Made by a program: the position numbers and the translations under genes | In this document: piece after piece, positions 1 through 13,879 of the stretch | Layout of the letters: every line of letters starts with the position of its first letter | Numbering within the stretch: the stretch's first letter is position 1 | Assembly (NCBI GenBank): GCA_039621445.1 | Contig: CP154954.1 | Coordinates: 48,649,847 to 48,713,846 of the forward strand | DNA length: 64,000 nucleotides | Direction: 5' to 3' | From: Euglena gracilis | Lineage: Eukaryota | The notes under the pieces: model-generated | Told to the model about the DNA's origin: nothing | The model's input: the letters and a program-made list of their open reading frames with translations, nothing else | The model's database searches: none

Positions 1-736
1 ACGGCAAAGCTGCATCTATATTACGCCTTATAGAGAGCAAATAATAACAGCCGGACAAAATGTGCTGCCAGGTATTTAAGAAAGACATAACCAAGCATTT
101 TTCCCCCTGCTGCTCATCCCATAGTTCTATTTCCTGGTTCTGGGTGACTGGGTATGTCGGCTTCAGGACATAAATTGTTTTACGGTACAGTAACTAACCC
201 AAGAAATGGTCAGTCGTTTCAGGAGGCTCCCTCCTGAAATGACCTCCAGGTCGGAATTTTTTCATTTCCCCACCGAGTGCAAAGCAATGACCCCCGGTGT
301 GCCCTCGGTTTATGCCCTCGCTGTACAGCCAACCAGCTGGATCTCATCAATTCCCACGTTTCCGGAGTGGAGGGAGTGGGGCAGCAACCAGCCCAAGCCT
401 CGGCAACCCCTGAACCCTGCCTGACCTTTTGTTGCCCGGCGGTTGGTCGGACCGCGTCCGGCCGGCTGCTGACTGGCAGTTGTAGGGTGCGGGGGGCGCG
501 CGCCCCTCGGAAACCGATGCGCACGCTGACCTTTGGATAACCGCTCCGCGGCGTTCTTTCCCGTGTCCAGGTGTGTGTGTGGCGTTGCCTGACCTGGTGA
601 CTAACTCAGCAGAGACACACCAGGGGTGGATTCCGCCCCCTTCGTCACACGCCTTTTGCCCGCCAGATGCCAAAGCTGTCTTTGCCACCCTCAAACACAC
701 ATGCCTACACTGCCACACACTCACGCTCACCACACC

Positions 737-1125
<389 letters not shown>

Positions 1126-2387
1126 AGAGCGATCTGTCAGGGACAGGATTTCGGTTTTTTTTCCCTGCCCCTCAAGGACCGCCATTTTTTGACTGCTATT
1201 TGGCCAAAAGGCGGGCTGAGACCGCTATGAGGCTGGAATCGGTCCCGAAATTCAGAAGGAAAAATTTCCACTTTAGCCACTCAGGCCGAATGGCTGGACA
1301 TCAAAACTGGCCAATTCTTCAAAATTTTTCTGTCAGAGCATCTGAAAATTTGCCCATCTGACAGGAAATCCACAATATTTCGGTGAAGCACAAGAGAGAA
1401 AAACCAGTAAATAAATCCAATGTTTTTGGACCATCCCCCATCCTCCCAAAACATGAAAGGGAAAACCCCCTGGTAGGCGTCTGAAAAGTGATTGAGTTTC
1501 TTTGAAAGTTGAAAATGACCTCCCCTGGAGGTCGGCAAGCAAATGGTCCAGTGTTCTTCCTGGCCAAGAAAGCATTGCTGCTGGTGGCACCTAAACACCC
1601 TTGCAGAACAGCCGTGCAGACCCACTGTGATTGTGGCTGGAGTCTGCCTTTCGACTTGCATTATGTTTTGTGCAAGCCAGCAGGCTATAACAAGCACAAA
1701 CACATCAGACAACATGCATGATTCAACACAGAACTATTTTGCATACATTATTTGATACCTTCGTAACCTGTTGGCTGCACATATCCCATATTATACAAAC
1801 CAGTACAGAATCCAGATCTCTTGGATAAAGCCACACATGCAACCATTCAAGGAGCTTTGAGGCGACCACCTTCCTTCGGCTGTGGAGGCACGGTTGGGGG
1901 GGGGTACAGTTGGAAACATCCGTGTGCAATAGGAATGGTGCATGCACTCTTTCCCAGAACCTTTTCTCTAAGTACTGTGAAATATACAATAATGATGAAG
2001 CCCATTTTAGTTGCCTCCTGTTATCAGTCAAGTCCCGTAGCATTCTTAGCCCTTTTTTTAAGAATCGACCACCATGGGAGGAGAAACTGCATTCTTTGAC
2101 ATTTGGACTCTGGAAAGAGGATCTTTAGTGGGAGAGGGATGTCCTCCCTTCACATCAGAAGTTGCCGTGTGGTGCTGCAGAAAGCCTTTCTCAACCCCGT
2201 GTGAGAAGATTCTTTCGAGCCTCCTCAAACAACGTCGACAGCTCGACGGACATTCGAGCAGACTCTCAAGCTTCCTCGAGCAACCTAGAACGAACGTTCA
2301 AGGAGGCTCGCGAGCCTCCTCCTACATATATTTTATTTTATTTTGGGACCCTACGAACAGTTGCGTGCGAAAAGGCAAAAGGAAGTT

Positions 2388-2434
<47 letters not shown>

Positions 2435-2949
2435 ACGCAAGAATTTTGTTGATTGTGTTTGGCCCCTGCGAACAGTTAAGCACATGCATTGAGGTCGTGC
2501 TTTGCCCCTGTGGATTGTTTCTGCCTGATGCACACACAGGAGTGAGCTCGATTTTCGCAGTGCCATCCCTTGATAAGCGCACTCATGGGCGTTCGAGGTC
2601 GTCCGAAGAGGCCCAAGAGCCTCCTCCTGCCATGACCTGTTCCCACCTCTCCAGCCCCCTCCTCTGCTCAGCGTTCTCTGTTTCCACATGGCCTCTCTGG
2701 TGGCTGCTTTCACTCCTGCTCCCCACCAAGCAAGAGGTATTGGGCGCATCAGCACCAAAGACATTAACGAGTGGAAAAAGGAATGTGTGAGTTGGAATAT
2801 GGGTAGCTACGGTCAGCTGACAGCCGCAGTTGCAGCCATGGCACACATGTGCAATGCAATGGCCAAGAAAGCAATTCCGTCTGCCAAACACAAAATTTCT
2901 CTGATGTTCTTGATACCCATTCAATTGGCTGTGTTTTGGTCAGGGAAAG

Positions 2950-3295
2950 CAAGCACCTATAAAATGACTGGGCGTGGGTGGGAGTGACTGGAAATTGTGG
3001 CCACACCTGGCCATTGTTGATCACATTCGGCTTTTTTTGTCCTTTTTGTCTGTTTTTTTTGTCTGTCTTTTAGCCATTGTTGGCCATTGTGGATATCTGT
3101 GGATATTTTTGAGTATTTTTGGGCAGTTCGGCCACTTTTGGTCATTTTCGGCCATTTTGGCAACCTTTAGCCACTTTTGGCCATTTTTGGCTTTTTCTGG
3201 CACTGAGCGTGGCTGAGTGTGACAGAGCATGAGGCGTGACTGGGAATGGCTGGGCGTGACTGGGCGTGACTGGACGTGACTGGGCGTGAATGGGT
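2950..3295. mobile_element. Truncated relative of the CAAGCACCTAT family with (GTGACTGGGC)n
   Basis: CAAGCACCTATA at 2950; GTGACTGGGC units at ~2965-2990 and ~3233-3295; no right TIR found. Confidence 0.55.
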
Positions 3296-3394
3296 TTGGG
3301 ATCCTGGCCCGTCAGCTGATTATCGCTGGCAAAACAAAGCGCATTTTATCTGCGGTGGTGTCCAGTGGCAGTTAGCTTTGGGGCCCCTGGTTCC

Positions 3395-6300
3395 GTCCCC
3401 CAAACCCAGCCAACGCTCAACGTCCCCTCTCAGCCATACCTCTTGGCCCCCAAGTCTCGCCTGCCACCGCTCCAGACGGCGAGAAGGGACACGGGCGCCG
3501 ACCGCCAAAGGCGAAGAGTGCGAAGGCCACCGTGTGCCTGGACTACCTGAAGGGGAAGTGCACGCGAGAGCGGCGCGCACTTGACTCACCCCCCCCCTAC
3601 CTCTCCGCCCTGGAGGGGTGAGTCCCAAAGATTACCGGCTTGTCAGTTCGAAAGATCTCCGGTTGATCACGGTGCAAATGCCAATTTGTATCCGAACCTG
3701 AACGCATTCTCTCTTGGCCGCTGATGGTTTTGACCTTTTGGTGCCTCCGGGCTCAAGGCTGCCTCGTCCACCCAAATGTGCGGGCAAGGAGCGTTTTAAG
3801 ACAATTCCGAAAGAATGTGTCGTTCTCAAATGCAACATGTGTTGTTGTTTTTCCCAACAAATATGGACCCTCTGCTGCATTCCAGGAATGCTGAACTTTA
3901 GCTAATTTATATTTACCATCGCCAATGTTTTTTTAATTTTGTTTCGCTTCAAAAGGTTTGGTGACAGCAGAGGTTGTTCTGTTTTTTAATATAAAAAAAT
4001 TGAGGGCTTTTGTGCCACAGTCCTGCAGATTGCCCTGTTGCTGATATTGGTAGACACCTGGAGTGTGTATTTTTAGTTAAAAAATACTGCATTCATTTTC
4101 CAAAAAAAAGCACCACAGACCTTCCGTCTTGTTTTTCTATTGTCGCCTACGCTTCGCCATTTTTTGAAGAGGATGGGGACAGTGGCATCTCCTTTTCTGG
4201 AGTTTGCCTGGACAGCGTCAATGTCACTGCTACGTGTCTCTACCTCCCCCCCCCTGGGGGAGCAACTGCCATGGCTGAGACCCTGCCAGCGTCCCACCCA
4301 AAAAAAATGATGACCATGAAAAATTCCTAATTTTGGCTCCGATTTTCCCCCAAAACCAAAAAAATGGTCAGTTTGTTGTCTTTGTTACCCCCGGGCCGGC
4401 CCTCCAGACAAAGGCACACCTTTCGACGACGCGGGGGGGGGGGGCAGGTGACCATGCACAGACCAGTCAAAACGGGGAACCACCCCCGCCGCCTTGAGTC
4501 AGGCGCGCCGGCCAGTGCCGCTACCCCCACCCCGACCTGACCCTGTTCCAGCGCCTGAGCGACACCGCCGGCGAGCAGGTGTGCGAGGTGTGGGCCGCCA
4601 CCGGCCTGTGCAAGTTCGGGGCGAAGTGCAACCGCCTGCACCCCGCCCAGTGGGGGCCATAGCCAGGTTCCATGCAAGAGGGTGCGTAGGGGGGTTGAGG
4701 AGGGGTGTCCCCCCTCCAACCCCCCCCCTGGACCAGAGGGGGGTCCAGACCATACCATTGCTTACAGTGCGTCCGACCCCCCCAGGGGGGTTGACTGACT
4801 GGTTTTTTCGGAGTGACTGACTGGTTTTTGGCTCCAGACCACCCCCCGTGGGTGGGGACGGCCAGGAATGGCTGAAAGGAGTGCCCACCCGGTGGCGAAG
4901 GCGCCGGAATTTTTGGGGGGGATTTTGGGCCAGAATCCATTGGTTTTAGGGCATTTTGAGGGATGCTATGGATAAGACAGGCTTCGTATTTTCGCAATAA
5001 TCCGAAAAGGAACCCCCCCCCAAATTGTGTGAAGTCCCCAGGAATGGAGGAATGGTATTTTTTGTTTATTTTTTTCAATTTATTTCATGTGTCGAAATTT
5101 TTCCAGAATTTTTATTAGCATTCAAAAATCGCATTTTTTGTGCTCTTTTTGCACGGGCAAGAAGTTTTTCAGCCAGACTTTTCAGCAGAAGTCAAAAACG
5201 CCCCCCCCCCCCAATGGGCATTTCAGCAACCAACCCAAAAAAGGCAGGCTCAGGGGCGTACACTGGGGACAGTGGTCCGTGCCGTGCCCCGAGCACCCCC
5301 ACTGGCCCCGTCTTTGAGCCGACCCCCAGCGACCCGGTCGGCGCCGCCCAGCCCGCCCCCGCCCTTGCCTCGCCGGCCGACCCCACGCCGCCGGCCGACC
5401 CCCAGGTGGAGTTCGAGACCTTCGCGCAGTCCCTGCTGAAGTCGGTGGACGAGGCCGGGTGGCGGCCAGCGCTGCCCCGGCCCCGGCCTCCCCGCAGAGG
5501 CTGGCGGTGGGGTGGGGGGTGGCGTCCGACCCCCGAGGGAGAGGCGCTCAATGGCCCCCGGGGCGGAAGAGAGCGTTGCCCCCCAGAGGGGGGGGGGTTG
5601 ACCCCCGGGTTTGCTCCTCCCCCGGCCAGGGAGACCCCCCAAGTGGGAAACCGGGGTGAGGGCCACTCACCGAGCGGCACAGCGGAGGGGAACCGAAGTC
5701 GATGCCGCCAACCCAAGGCGCTTTCGCTCAGTGGAGTGTCCCAAAGGTGGTCAGGGCAGGGGATAAAATGTGGTTTGCATTTTTGTGCATTTTTTTTGCA
5801 CTTTTTTCAAATTTTCCAAAACGCGCATTTTTTTTTCGCATTTTCGATTTTTCCAACACATTTTTGCTTTTTGGCACATTTTTTTTTGTGATGGACCCAA
5901 TTTTAAGCATTTTTGATCATTTTTGCAATTTTCTGAAATTTTCAAATTTTTTAACATTTTCCTCAGAATTCTATGTGATTTTTTATAATAAAAATTGGTG
6001 CCTTTTTTGCATGTTTTGGGGGGTAATTTTTGCATTTTCGTGATTTTTGTGCTGTTTCTCTCTGATTTTGCACATTTTTGGCATTTTCCCCAAAATGCGC
6101 ATTTTTTGCAAGGCCGGGCTGGCGCTCCCCCCCCCCTGTTCAGGGTTAAAGGGGTTCCTCAGGTGTGCAAGAGGTTTTCTGAAGCTGGAGGGGATCTGAC
6201 CCCCGGACGGGAGGGTTCCACACCAACCATTTAAGGTAAGCGTATGTCCCTACACCGCTGGAATTACACCAGAGTTGTTCACCTGGCCAGGCGGAGCTAC

Positions 6301-7349
6301 AAAAGAGCACTGTAATTGGTACCTGGCGACTCACCACACAGCAAACTGGGCCTGAAGCGAAGCTAGCGCCGGCCATAAACAGACAAGAAGCTGTTGCGCA
6401 ACTAGGGGAGGGGGTCCACACACAGACAAAATGGGCCAGAGGCGAAAAACAGCGCCAGGCCAGAGGAATGGATATCAGCACCAAACAAACAGCCACAGTG
6501 CACACAGTGGAGGGAGGTCCAGCCACCCAGCACCTTTTTTCCACCCACCAGCTCCAGTACCCCTCAGGGGGCCGCTGAAATGAAGTCTTGACCAGCCCAG
6601 CAGAGCAGGGCAGAATTTGGTGCAAAGCGCCGAAGATTTGTTGAACCTGCGTTCCAGCCAGGTCCTACCTGGCAGCCAGCTGGACCTCCCTCCCCTTGGA
6701 CCCTCCCCCCCCCCCAGGGGGAGGGTCCTACCTTGTTTACCCAGCTGGCCGTCTGGACCCCATCCCCCCCCCCTCACACCTCCAAGTCTCGGTTTACCAT
6801 TGGTGGGCCGAAGGTTGCTGCCCTCCCGTAGTGGTCGGAATGGGGTGGGGCAGCGCTGGCACCAGTCGGATGGTGAGAGGCTGCCCGTGGGCAAGGACCT
6901 CAGCGAGAAGCCACTGGGGCCCCCATCCGTGCAGTCGCTCTGTGGAGCCGAGGGCAATGTGTCATTTTCCGCTTTTGAGAATGCAACCCCGGAACCCCAT
7001 TGTCCACCCACAAGAAATTCCAAACCAAACCCAGCAAAAGAATCTCACGAACACCGCATTAACAACAGTTTGCAAAAGCTGCCGGCCAGTCCGGTGGGGC
7101 TGGAGGTAATTCGGGGAGGGGGGGGCAATTTATCAATTTATCGCCCGCAGGTGCTTTCTTTTGCTCTTGCCCGTATTTATTTCCTCCCATGCCACACCCC
7201 CGCCGTGCGAGTGGAACAGGTCGGGGGGGGGGGCTCCCAGCGGTTGCGTCGCCCCGACCTTCCTGGCCACCCGGGCCTTTCCCGCCGTGCTGCGGTTCGA
7301 TACCATCTTCCTCGACATCCTGAACGACCTCCACCTGGTGGCGTGCTGA
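3395..7349 (+). CDS. Tandem CCCH zinc-finger (MBNL/muscleblind-type spacing) putative RNA-binding protein, multi-exon, 5' end unresolved
   Basis: Exons ~3395-3570, 4513-4644, 5310-5463, 6864-~6940 and ~7175/7245-7349 (TGA). Spliced translation: ...KATVCLDYLKGKCTRE|QCRYPHPDLTLFQRLSDTAGEQVCEVWAATGLCKFGAKCNRLHP|VFEPTPSDP...KSVDEAGW|QSDGERLPVGKDLSEK...VAPTFLATRAFPAVLRFDTIFLDILNDLHLVAC*. This gives C-x7-C-x4-C-x3-H plus C-x8-C-x5-C-x3-H, with GC-rich third codon positions. Start codon and last junction uncertain. Confidence 0.85.
3571..4512 (+). other. Nonconventional intron (paired ends, non-CAG variant) splitting zinc finger 1
   Basis: 5' CGGCGCGCACTTGACTCA pairs with 3' TGAGTCAGGCGCGCCG. Applying the +4/-6 register gives GAG|CAG TGC and restores C-x4-C. 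No GT-AG solution keeps the frame. Confidence 0.75.
4645..5309 (+). other. Nonconventional intron
   Basis: gcc-CAGTGGGGG ... CCCCCACTG-gcccc; removal joins LHP|VFEP in frame. Confidence 0.85.
5464..6863 (+). other. Nonconventional intron
   Basis: ggc-CAGCGCTGCCCC ... GGGGCAGCGCTG-gcacc (12-bp perfect stem from CAG); removal gives in-frame W-Q-S-D. Confidence 0.85.
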
Positions 7350-10300
7350 CCCCCGCCAGGCAACCTGCGTCCAGGGGTTGCTGACGGCAGCCGCACAACG
7401 AAAAGAAAGGTTTGGCCCTTCTTTTTGAACTGCATGCGCCCCAACACTACATAGATGCCCCCCCCTTGTTCTTGGTTGAGCTTGTCCATGACACCACAGG
7501 GGGGGGGGTACCAGCTCAGACATTAGATACGTAAATGTGCAAGGGTGCAACATTTGCTTGACGAGGTTGGAAAAAGGTATTTTATTTTTTCAACCGGATT
7601 GTGTGAGCCACGCTTCTCCATTTCCTTTTTTATCATTTTTGCATCTGTGTTTCAGGATTTGCCCTTGTTTACAAGAACAATAGCTCTTCACTTTGGGTCT
7701 GTGCCATTTAACTGAGCTTAAAATTTCTGCCATCATTCATTCAGATGCTCGTTCAGCTGACAGGGTTTGTTTGACAGCATCAAAATCTGACCCAGGTGAA
7801 CCCAGGGAACGCATGGGCATTTAAAGCATCTGACAGGAAAAAGCCGTAAAAAATAAGGCAACAAAGAGAAAAAAAAACACAACAGCAAAATGCAAAGAAA
7901 AGGGTGGAAACCCGCGGAAATAAAGAAATACCGAAATGCCCCCCGACAGCATGATTTTTGATAAAGTTCGGGAAATATGTTATTTGGGACACCAAGAATT
8001 AACAAAAAAATTTCTAGGTTTGGCAGCCACAAAATTCTCCAACTTTTATTCCCGGGCAGCAGTGCACCGCCGGATGCGCAAGGTCTTCTGCTTAGGGTCT
8101 GTTGGAATTTTCATTGAAACGTTCCAGAAATTCTGTGCAGAAGTCGGTTTTGGATTCTGTTCGCATGCTCCCTCCCCCCCCCTCCTTCTCCAATGCCCTG
8201 GCCAACGTATGTGGCAGTGTTGCTGCCCACTTCCCCCCTGCCTCTCCCTGCTCTCCCTCGCTGTGAGGACGAGCAAGCTTTTAAAAAAAGAAACGGTGTA
8301 CCGCCTATGATTCACTTGGGACATGCTTTACTGCCAAACTTTTTTACCATCAGCCCTATGTGTTATGAAAACATGCAGAGGCTTATTATTCACTCAACGC
8401 GACGTTGGCAGTCACAAAACAACCCCAAAAAAATGGTGTTTGGAGTTGTCCCCTGGCTTGTTCTGATTACGTCTTCAGGGAACTGTCATCCTGTCCATAT
8501 TTTTGTATATTTTCGCGTTTTTCAATTCTTTTTTATGAGGTGTGGTGTCGTGAAAATTGCATCACTTATTCATCAACCTCGCCGGCCCCAATACACCCGC
8601 CCACACCCTTCAAACACCCACCCCCCCCCTGGGGGTGGGGTCACGCAGGCGTCATGTGAATCTATAATGACCCCCAAATGGCGTTTCAGGTCTTCCGAAA
8701 CATCATTGACCCCCTGTCCTTTGATTTGGGGGGGAGTTCATTGAACAAGGGCTATGGGTCTGGTTTTTTCCCAGGTGAAGGCCGGGGCCAGAAAATTTTT
8801 TCAGCGGTTCTGGGCCGATTTTGGCTGGATTTTGGGTGGTTGACCACCAAGGGGGGGGGGGGTGAGTGGGTTTTCGAAAAGTGGCTGGGTGGGTTTGGGG
8901 CTGGGAAAAAATGACCTCCAAGGGGTCCCTAAGTGAATCGATGTTTGGGGTTTTTTCTTTTAACTCATGTCATCAGGTTTGTCTGCATCTGCGAGTTAGT
9001 CCGGAGACATTCGTTTGTCAGGTGGGGAGGAGGAAGTGGCTTGCCCGGCTTGATGGCTCCTCACTGAGTGTGGTTCAGGCTTGGCAACGTGTCCCTCCCG
9101 CAGCCCTCCCTTCCCGCCAAACCAATCAAAATTTTCTGTGCCCCGCAGTCCGGCTGGGCCCTGCAACCCTCGCTTGTGCTGCCCTGTGGTGGTTGCCAGG
9201 CACGGGGAGGGGCTACGTTTTCCACAGCGCATATGGGCATCGCACACACGTTAGAGTGTCCCAGACCAGGTTTATTTTTAACAACGCGAGGAGGGGGCGC
9301 CTTGTGCGATGGGATGGTTGACGTATGGCACCCCTTCCCTGGGGGTGGGTTGGTTTTGGGCCGACCCAACCATTTTCACTTTAAAAATGGCCAATCTCGA
9401 GCCCAGTCAATCACGTAGTCACTGACCGACCCCCCCCCCCCGGCCCCGTGGGGGCTGACTGGTTTTTTCAGAGTGACTGACTGGTTTTTGGCCCGGACCC
9501 CCTCCCCGGGCCGGGGGGGAGTCGGCAAAAAAACCACTAAAGTGACCCGGCGCCGAAGGCGCCGGAAAATTTTTTTGGCTTTTTTTCATGTTTTTTGCTC
9601 AAATTTCTTTTGGATTCCAGAGTGGCCGACCCCCTGGGGGGGGGGGCAGTGACTGACTGGTTTCCCGAAACAGTGACTGACTGGAGTCCCCCCCCCGGAG
9701 GTCGGTAAAAAATTGTGTGCTCGAGCCCACCGCACCTTCGCCATTGGGGTAGCACGAGCCACCCCAAAACCCGACCACCCCGGAGGGGCCCACCCCCCTA
9801 CCTCCCTATTGCGCTCTCCCAAGGAGTGGACCTTTAAAAGAAGCCTGTACCTGGGCCATGATTGAAGATAAGGAAAAAGGCCAACCTTATGCAGGGGCCA
9901 AATTTGCATGTTAAAAATGTGCGAACGGCCTAAGGCCAACTTTAGGGGGCCAAGTTTGCATGTCAGGAGGAGGGGTGCCAAGCACCCTGGGGGGTACCAC
10001 TCCCAGGTCAGTCTTAACCCCTTGGAAGGTTGGCGGGTGGACTGCCCCTAGTCGGGGGGGGTGGGGCACCCCATCTGAATACTGTGACTTTTTACATTGA
10101 ACCCTGCCACCCCGCAGCCCTCTGGCTCTCTCGCAGTCATCCGCTTGGTTCCCACGGTCCCGCGTGTTCTGTCTGGTGGCCCCCCATAATATGATTTGAA
10201 TCCATTGGTGGGGGTCGGCAGTCCGACCCTCTGACCCCACGTCGAATGACCCGGACTTGTTTCGTGGCCTCCTCTCTTTGAAGAAATCTCCCTTTTCCTT

Positions 10301-12580
10301 GCGCCCAGGAATTTTTTTATTATTATTTTAATCAATTTTTGATTTTTTTGATTTTTTTTGATTTTTTTGATTTTGGCCGCACGCAACCCCTCACCCCCCC
10401 CCCTGGCCCGTCGAAAGGACGTCCGGCCGGTGACTCCTCAGGGCACCGGGCCATGGACTTCGACTTCGCTGGCCGGGTCAGCCCCTCAGCGCCCTCCGCC
10501 TGGCGCATCCCTGCGGAGGCGCAGCAGAGGTCGTGGCAGAGAGGGGGTGGTGCTGGCTTGCCCCTGCAGTCCATTTGGTGGACACAGTGGCTGTACCAAA
10601 CCCCAACCCAGGAAATTCTCCTCTGGTTTTGTGCTCGCCAACGTGGCCTTTGGGATACCCCCCCAGGAAGGAGGCGGGACCCTGTCAGGGTCCCGCCCGG
10701 GAAACTGTCAGGGTCCCCGGTTACAGGGTAAGAAATTTTCAGGGTCCCTGGTACCGCCGGCCAACCTGTCAGGTGACAGTTTCCCGGGGGGAGGTATGGC
10801 CTCCCCCTGCCAACCTTGATTTTGGCTTTTTTTTTGACAAAAAAACAACAAAAAAATGGCCGAAGGTTGCCTGAAAATTTTGGTGCCTTTTTGTTTGGAT
10901 TTTTTTTATGTTATTGGTGTTTTATTTTGTTATATTTATATTTATACATTGTTATATATATTTATTTTATTTTGTTGTATTTATTGTCATTTATGTTACT
11001 ATTATTTTTTTCAATTTTTATTGCTGAAAAATACCACTTTTTGGGCGGTGGGTCTGGTTAATTTCCATCTGCCCAGGGAGTCAACTTGAAGGATACATGA
11101 TCTTGCCCAACCCCAGGGCAGGGGGTACCTGGGAAGGACCCCAAAGTTCAATATTCTGCTAACTGCATTTTGCCCGAAAATTTCCAGCAATTTTGAAGAA
11201 AAAGAAAATTGCCCAAAATTGCCCAGAATCCAGCTAGAAATTACCAGTGCAAAGCACCAGAAATTTTTGAGAATATGCCTAGAATGATGGGAAGATGGTT
11301 TTTTTTTGAGGCGGCTTGGACAAATTCAGAAATTTGTCTCAAAAATCTGCAATGTTTTTTTTTGGAAACACTATGATGGGAAATGGGGGTTTTGAGTTTT
11401 TCCTGATGGGTTCCCCCTCAGTGGTCCATCGCCGACCTAGGGGTAGCCCCCAGATTTTAAAAAAAGCCTGATATGATCACATAGGGCATTTGAGCGTGCT
11501 TTGCATCTCTGCTGAGTCTTTTGGACACCATCCCTCCTTCAGAGGACAGAATTGGGAGGTTTCCCATAGTGTCGAGGTTTTGAATCGGGTGTGTGAAGGT
11601 TGATGGCTGGACATTTGGGGGAGAAGGCAAACCCGCCATTCACAACAATGATTGTCTCGAAAAAACGATTTGACAGGCTCGGTCTTATTGTTGTTTTTGG
11701 CAACGCATTTCTGGACCCAAAATCACACATGGACTCAACGGTCATCGGGATAAACATCGAATTTGGAACTGTGACAAATTCCGGATTCCAGCCAAACGGC
11801 ACTGTGGGCATGAGCACGGCCCCTCCGCTGTTCTAGGGCCCCGAGCTCTATGAGCCCCACTGATGCGCCGCCTGCCACACACCCCCCCCCCCGCCGCCAC
11901 CGCCCGGTGCCCGTCTACCTAGCTTCCCCTGCCGAGGGTGACCTGAGGCCACAGCTGCACCACTGCACTCGCACAGGCAACACATACGCTCTTGCCGCGG
12001 ACGGGCGGGACTGGGGGCAGCCCAACTGACCCCGGTCAGCCGCCGCCTGCTCCCATTCAGACTGTCACTGTGGCTTCTGGTTTTGGTGGTTCATTATCCC
12101 CCCAAAATGGCGTCCACGTGGTTTTGTTAACAGTCTGCTGTGGCGCAATCGCTTGCCACTGGGGGTGGTCCTCGCAGGAGGAGGAGGCAGCTGCCAGTCC
12201 TCCTTTCCACCTGCCGCCCTGCTGGCGCCATCCTTGTGGGCGTCGTCTCCAAGCACCTTTTCACCCCGAGTTCTTTTCCATTCGGCATGGCTATATTTTA
12301 TCAAACTCCACCAAAAGGCGTGCATCGATCTCAAAATTTTCTTTTCCAGTGTGAAACAAAGTTTGATCAATCAATTGATCAACTCAGGCAAGCAGGAACG
12401 CAAAAAGGGTTGTGAGTGGTTCACAATTTTCTGGACTTTTTTAAAAAAGGAAAGTTGCGCCGACGGGGTGCTGGGTGCCTTGGGCCCAGGGGTTGTTAAA
12501 AAGAGCTAGTATGGTGTCAGCGAAGACCTACCCCACAGGGGGAGGGGGCACCAACCAGCCAGCCGGGGGGGGGGGTGATC

Positions 12581-12787
12581 GTAGGAGGAGGCTCGAGCTT
12601 GAACGTTCGAGGTCGAGCCTCCTCAAACATTTTTTTTCAGCTCCACTTCAGGGGGCTTAACCAGCCTCGGCATTCGACGAGGCTCCAGAGCCTCTTCGAA
12701 CAAGCTCGAACAGCATTCGAGGAGGATCTCAAGCCTCCTCGAATGTCGTTTGAGCACGTTCGAGGAGGCTCTAAAACCTCCTCCTAC
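12581..12787. mobile_element. TCGA-rich MITE, TIR GTAGGAGG(AGGCTC)
   Basis: GTAGGAGG...CCTCCTAC termini; partial copies at ~2215-2324, ~2590-2630 and ~16063-16128. Confidence 0.7.
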
Positions 12788-13224
12788 ATATCTCCCCCCC
12801 CCGGGCAATTGACGCCCCCAGGCAATTGACGCCCCCGGGCAATTGTCACCCCTGGCTGTGCCGGCCAATTTGTCACCCCGGGAAATTGTCACACCCCTCC
12901 GTGCTGCCCAATTTGTCACCCCCCCCCCCACAGAGGATGTCTGTGAACTTTCTTTTCGCCGACACGACTCAATTGGTCTTCTATTTTTTTTGCTACAACG
13001 TGCTAAGAACTGTCACATACCAAATGATCTGCACAATATCACAACCATAGTTGCATTTTTGCGTGTTCACTTGTGTTTCAGATGGTGTTATTGGTCATTT
13101 GGTTTTAATGTGGCCTAAATGGGTGGGCAATTGACGCCCCTGGGTAATTGACGCCCCCGGGCAATTGTCACCCCCCTCCGTGCTGCCCAATTTGTCACGC
13201 AACAATTGCCCGGGGGGGCGGGTA
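12788..13224. mobile_element. MITE with GGGCAATTGACGCCCC internal repeats
   Basis: ATATCTCCCCCCCCGGGCAATTG vs CAATTGCCCGGGGGGGCGGGTAT; internal ~17-18-bp units repeated in two blocks; directly abuts the preceding MITE. Confidence 0.75.
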
Positions 13225-13320
13225 TGGGGGTGTTTTGGGATCCTCTGTGAAAAGGTTGCCTCCAACGAGGACTTGCACAACTAAACTTAGGCAGCGCATC
13301 TCGCACTTAAGCTTTTTTGG

Positions 13321-13879
13321 GGTCGATATGCGCATTTTCGCACATCGACCATTTTTGATTTGGGCTCCGGTGATGCAAGGGGTGAGAGAGAGGGGCAACA
13401 GGATTGGTAAAAATACGGGCGATTTCTCTTTTTGGGCACCGGCTCTCCTGGGAATTACGTGTTTTTTTACTGGGTTTTTTTTTTGAGGTCGGAATGACAC
13501 GAACACCCCCGGACCTACCCCCCCCAAAGTGAAAAAAGAACACCGACAAAAACAATCAGAGGTCAAACAAAGGTACATTTACAAGCCGCCGTTCTTTGTC
13601 ACACAAAGAACGGTACCCATTCAAAATCCTTGTTCCAACCTTTACTTCTAGATCCAAGAAAAGGCAGGTTTTGTGTTTTATGTGGTAATATAAAAATGTG
13701 GAGTATATTTCCCAAATTTCAAATGGTTGGTGTGCGCAAATGCGCACACCAACCATTCATTCAATTCTGCACAACAACCACACATGTGTTTTGTGTAGGT
13801 GGTTGGTCTGCGCATTTGCGCACATCGACCACTTATTTATTTGTAGATGGTCGGTGTGCGCATTTGCGCACATCGACCA
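13321..13879. repeat. Cluster of 32-bp palindromes TGGTCGRTGTGCGCA(A/T)(A/T)TGCGCACAYCRACCA
   Basis: Copies at 13321-13350, 13724-13755, 13800-13831 and 13848-13879; degenerate cluster at ~47610-47920 and a copy at ~49200. Confidence 0.8.

Noticed and set aside
206-620. Candidate 5' exons of the CCCH gene (MTSRSEFFHFP..., VCVALPDLVTNSAET)
   Set aside because: Plausible, but no in-phase junction to the 3395 exon could be established.
6617-7384. 255-aa ORF as a single exon
   Set aside because: Only 6864-~6940 fits the spliced frame; the terminal exon is in another frame by codon usage.
13724-13879. CRISPR-like array of palindromic 32-mers (also units at 46.0-47.0 kb)
   Set aside because: Irregular or repeated spacers, fully palindromic units, no cas genes, eukaryotic context.
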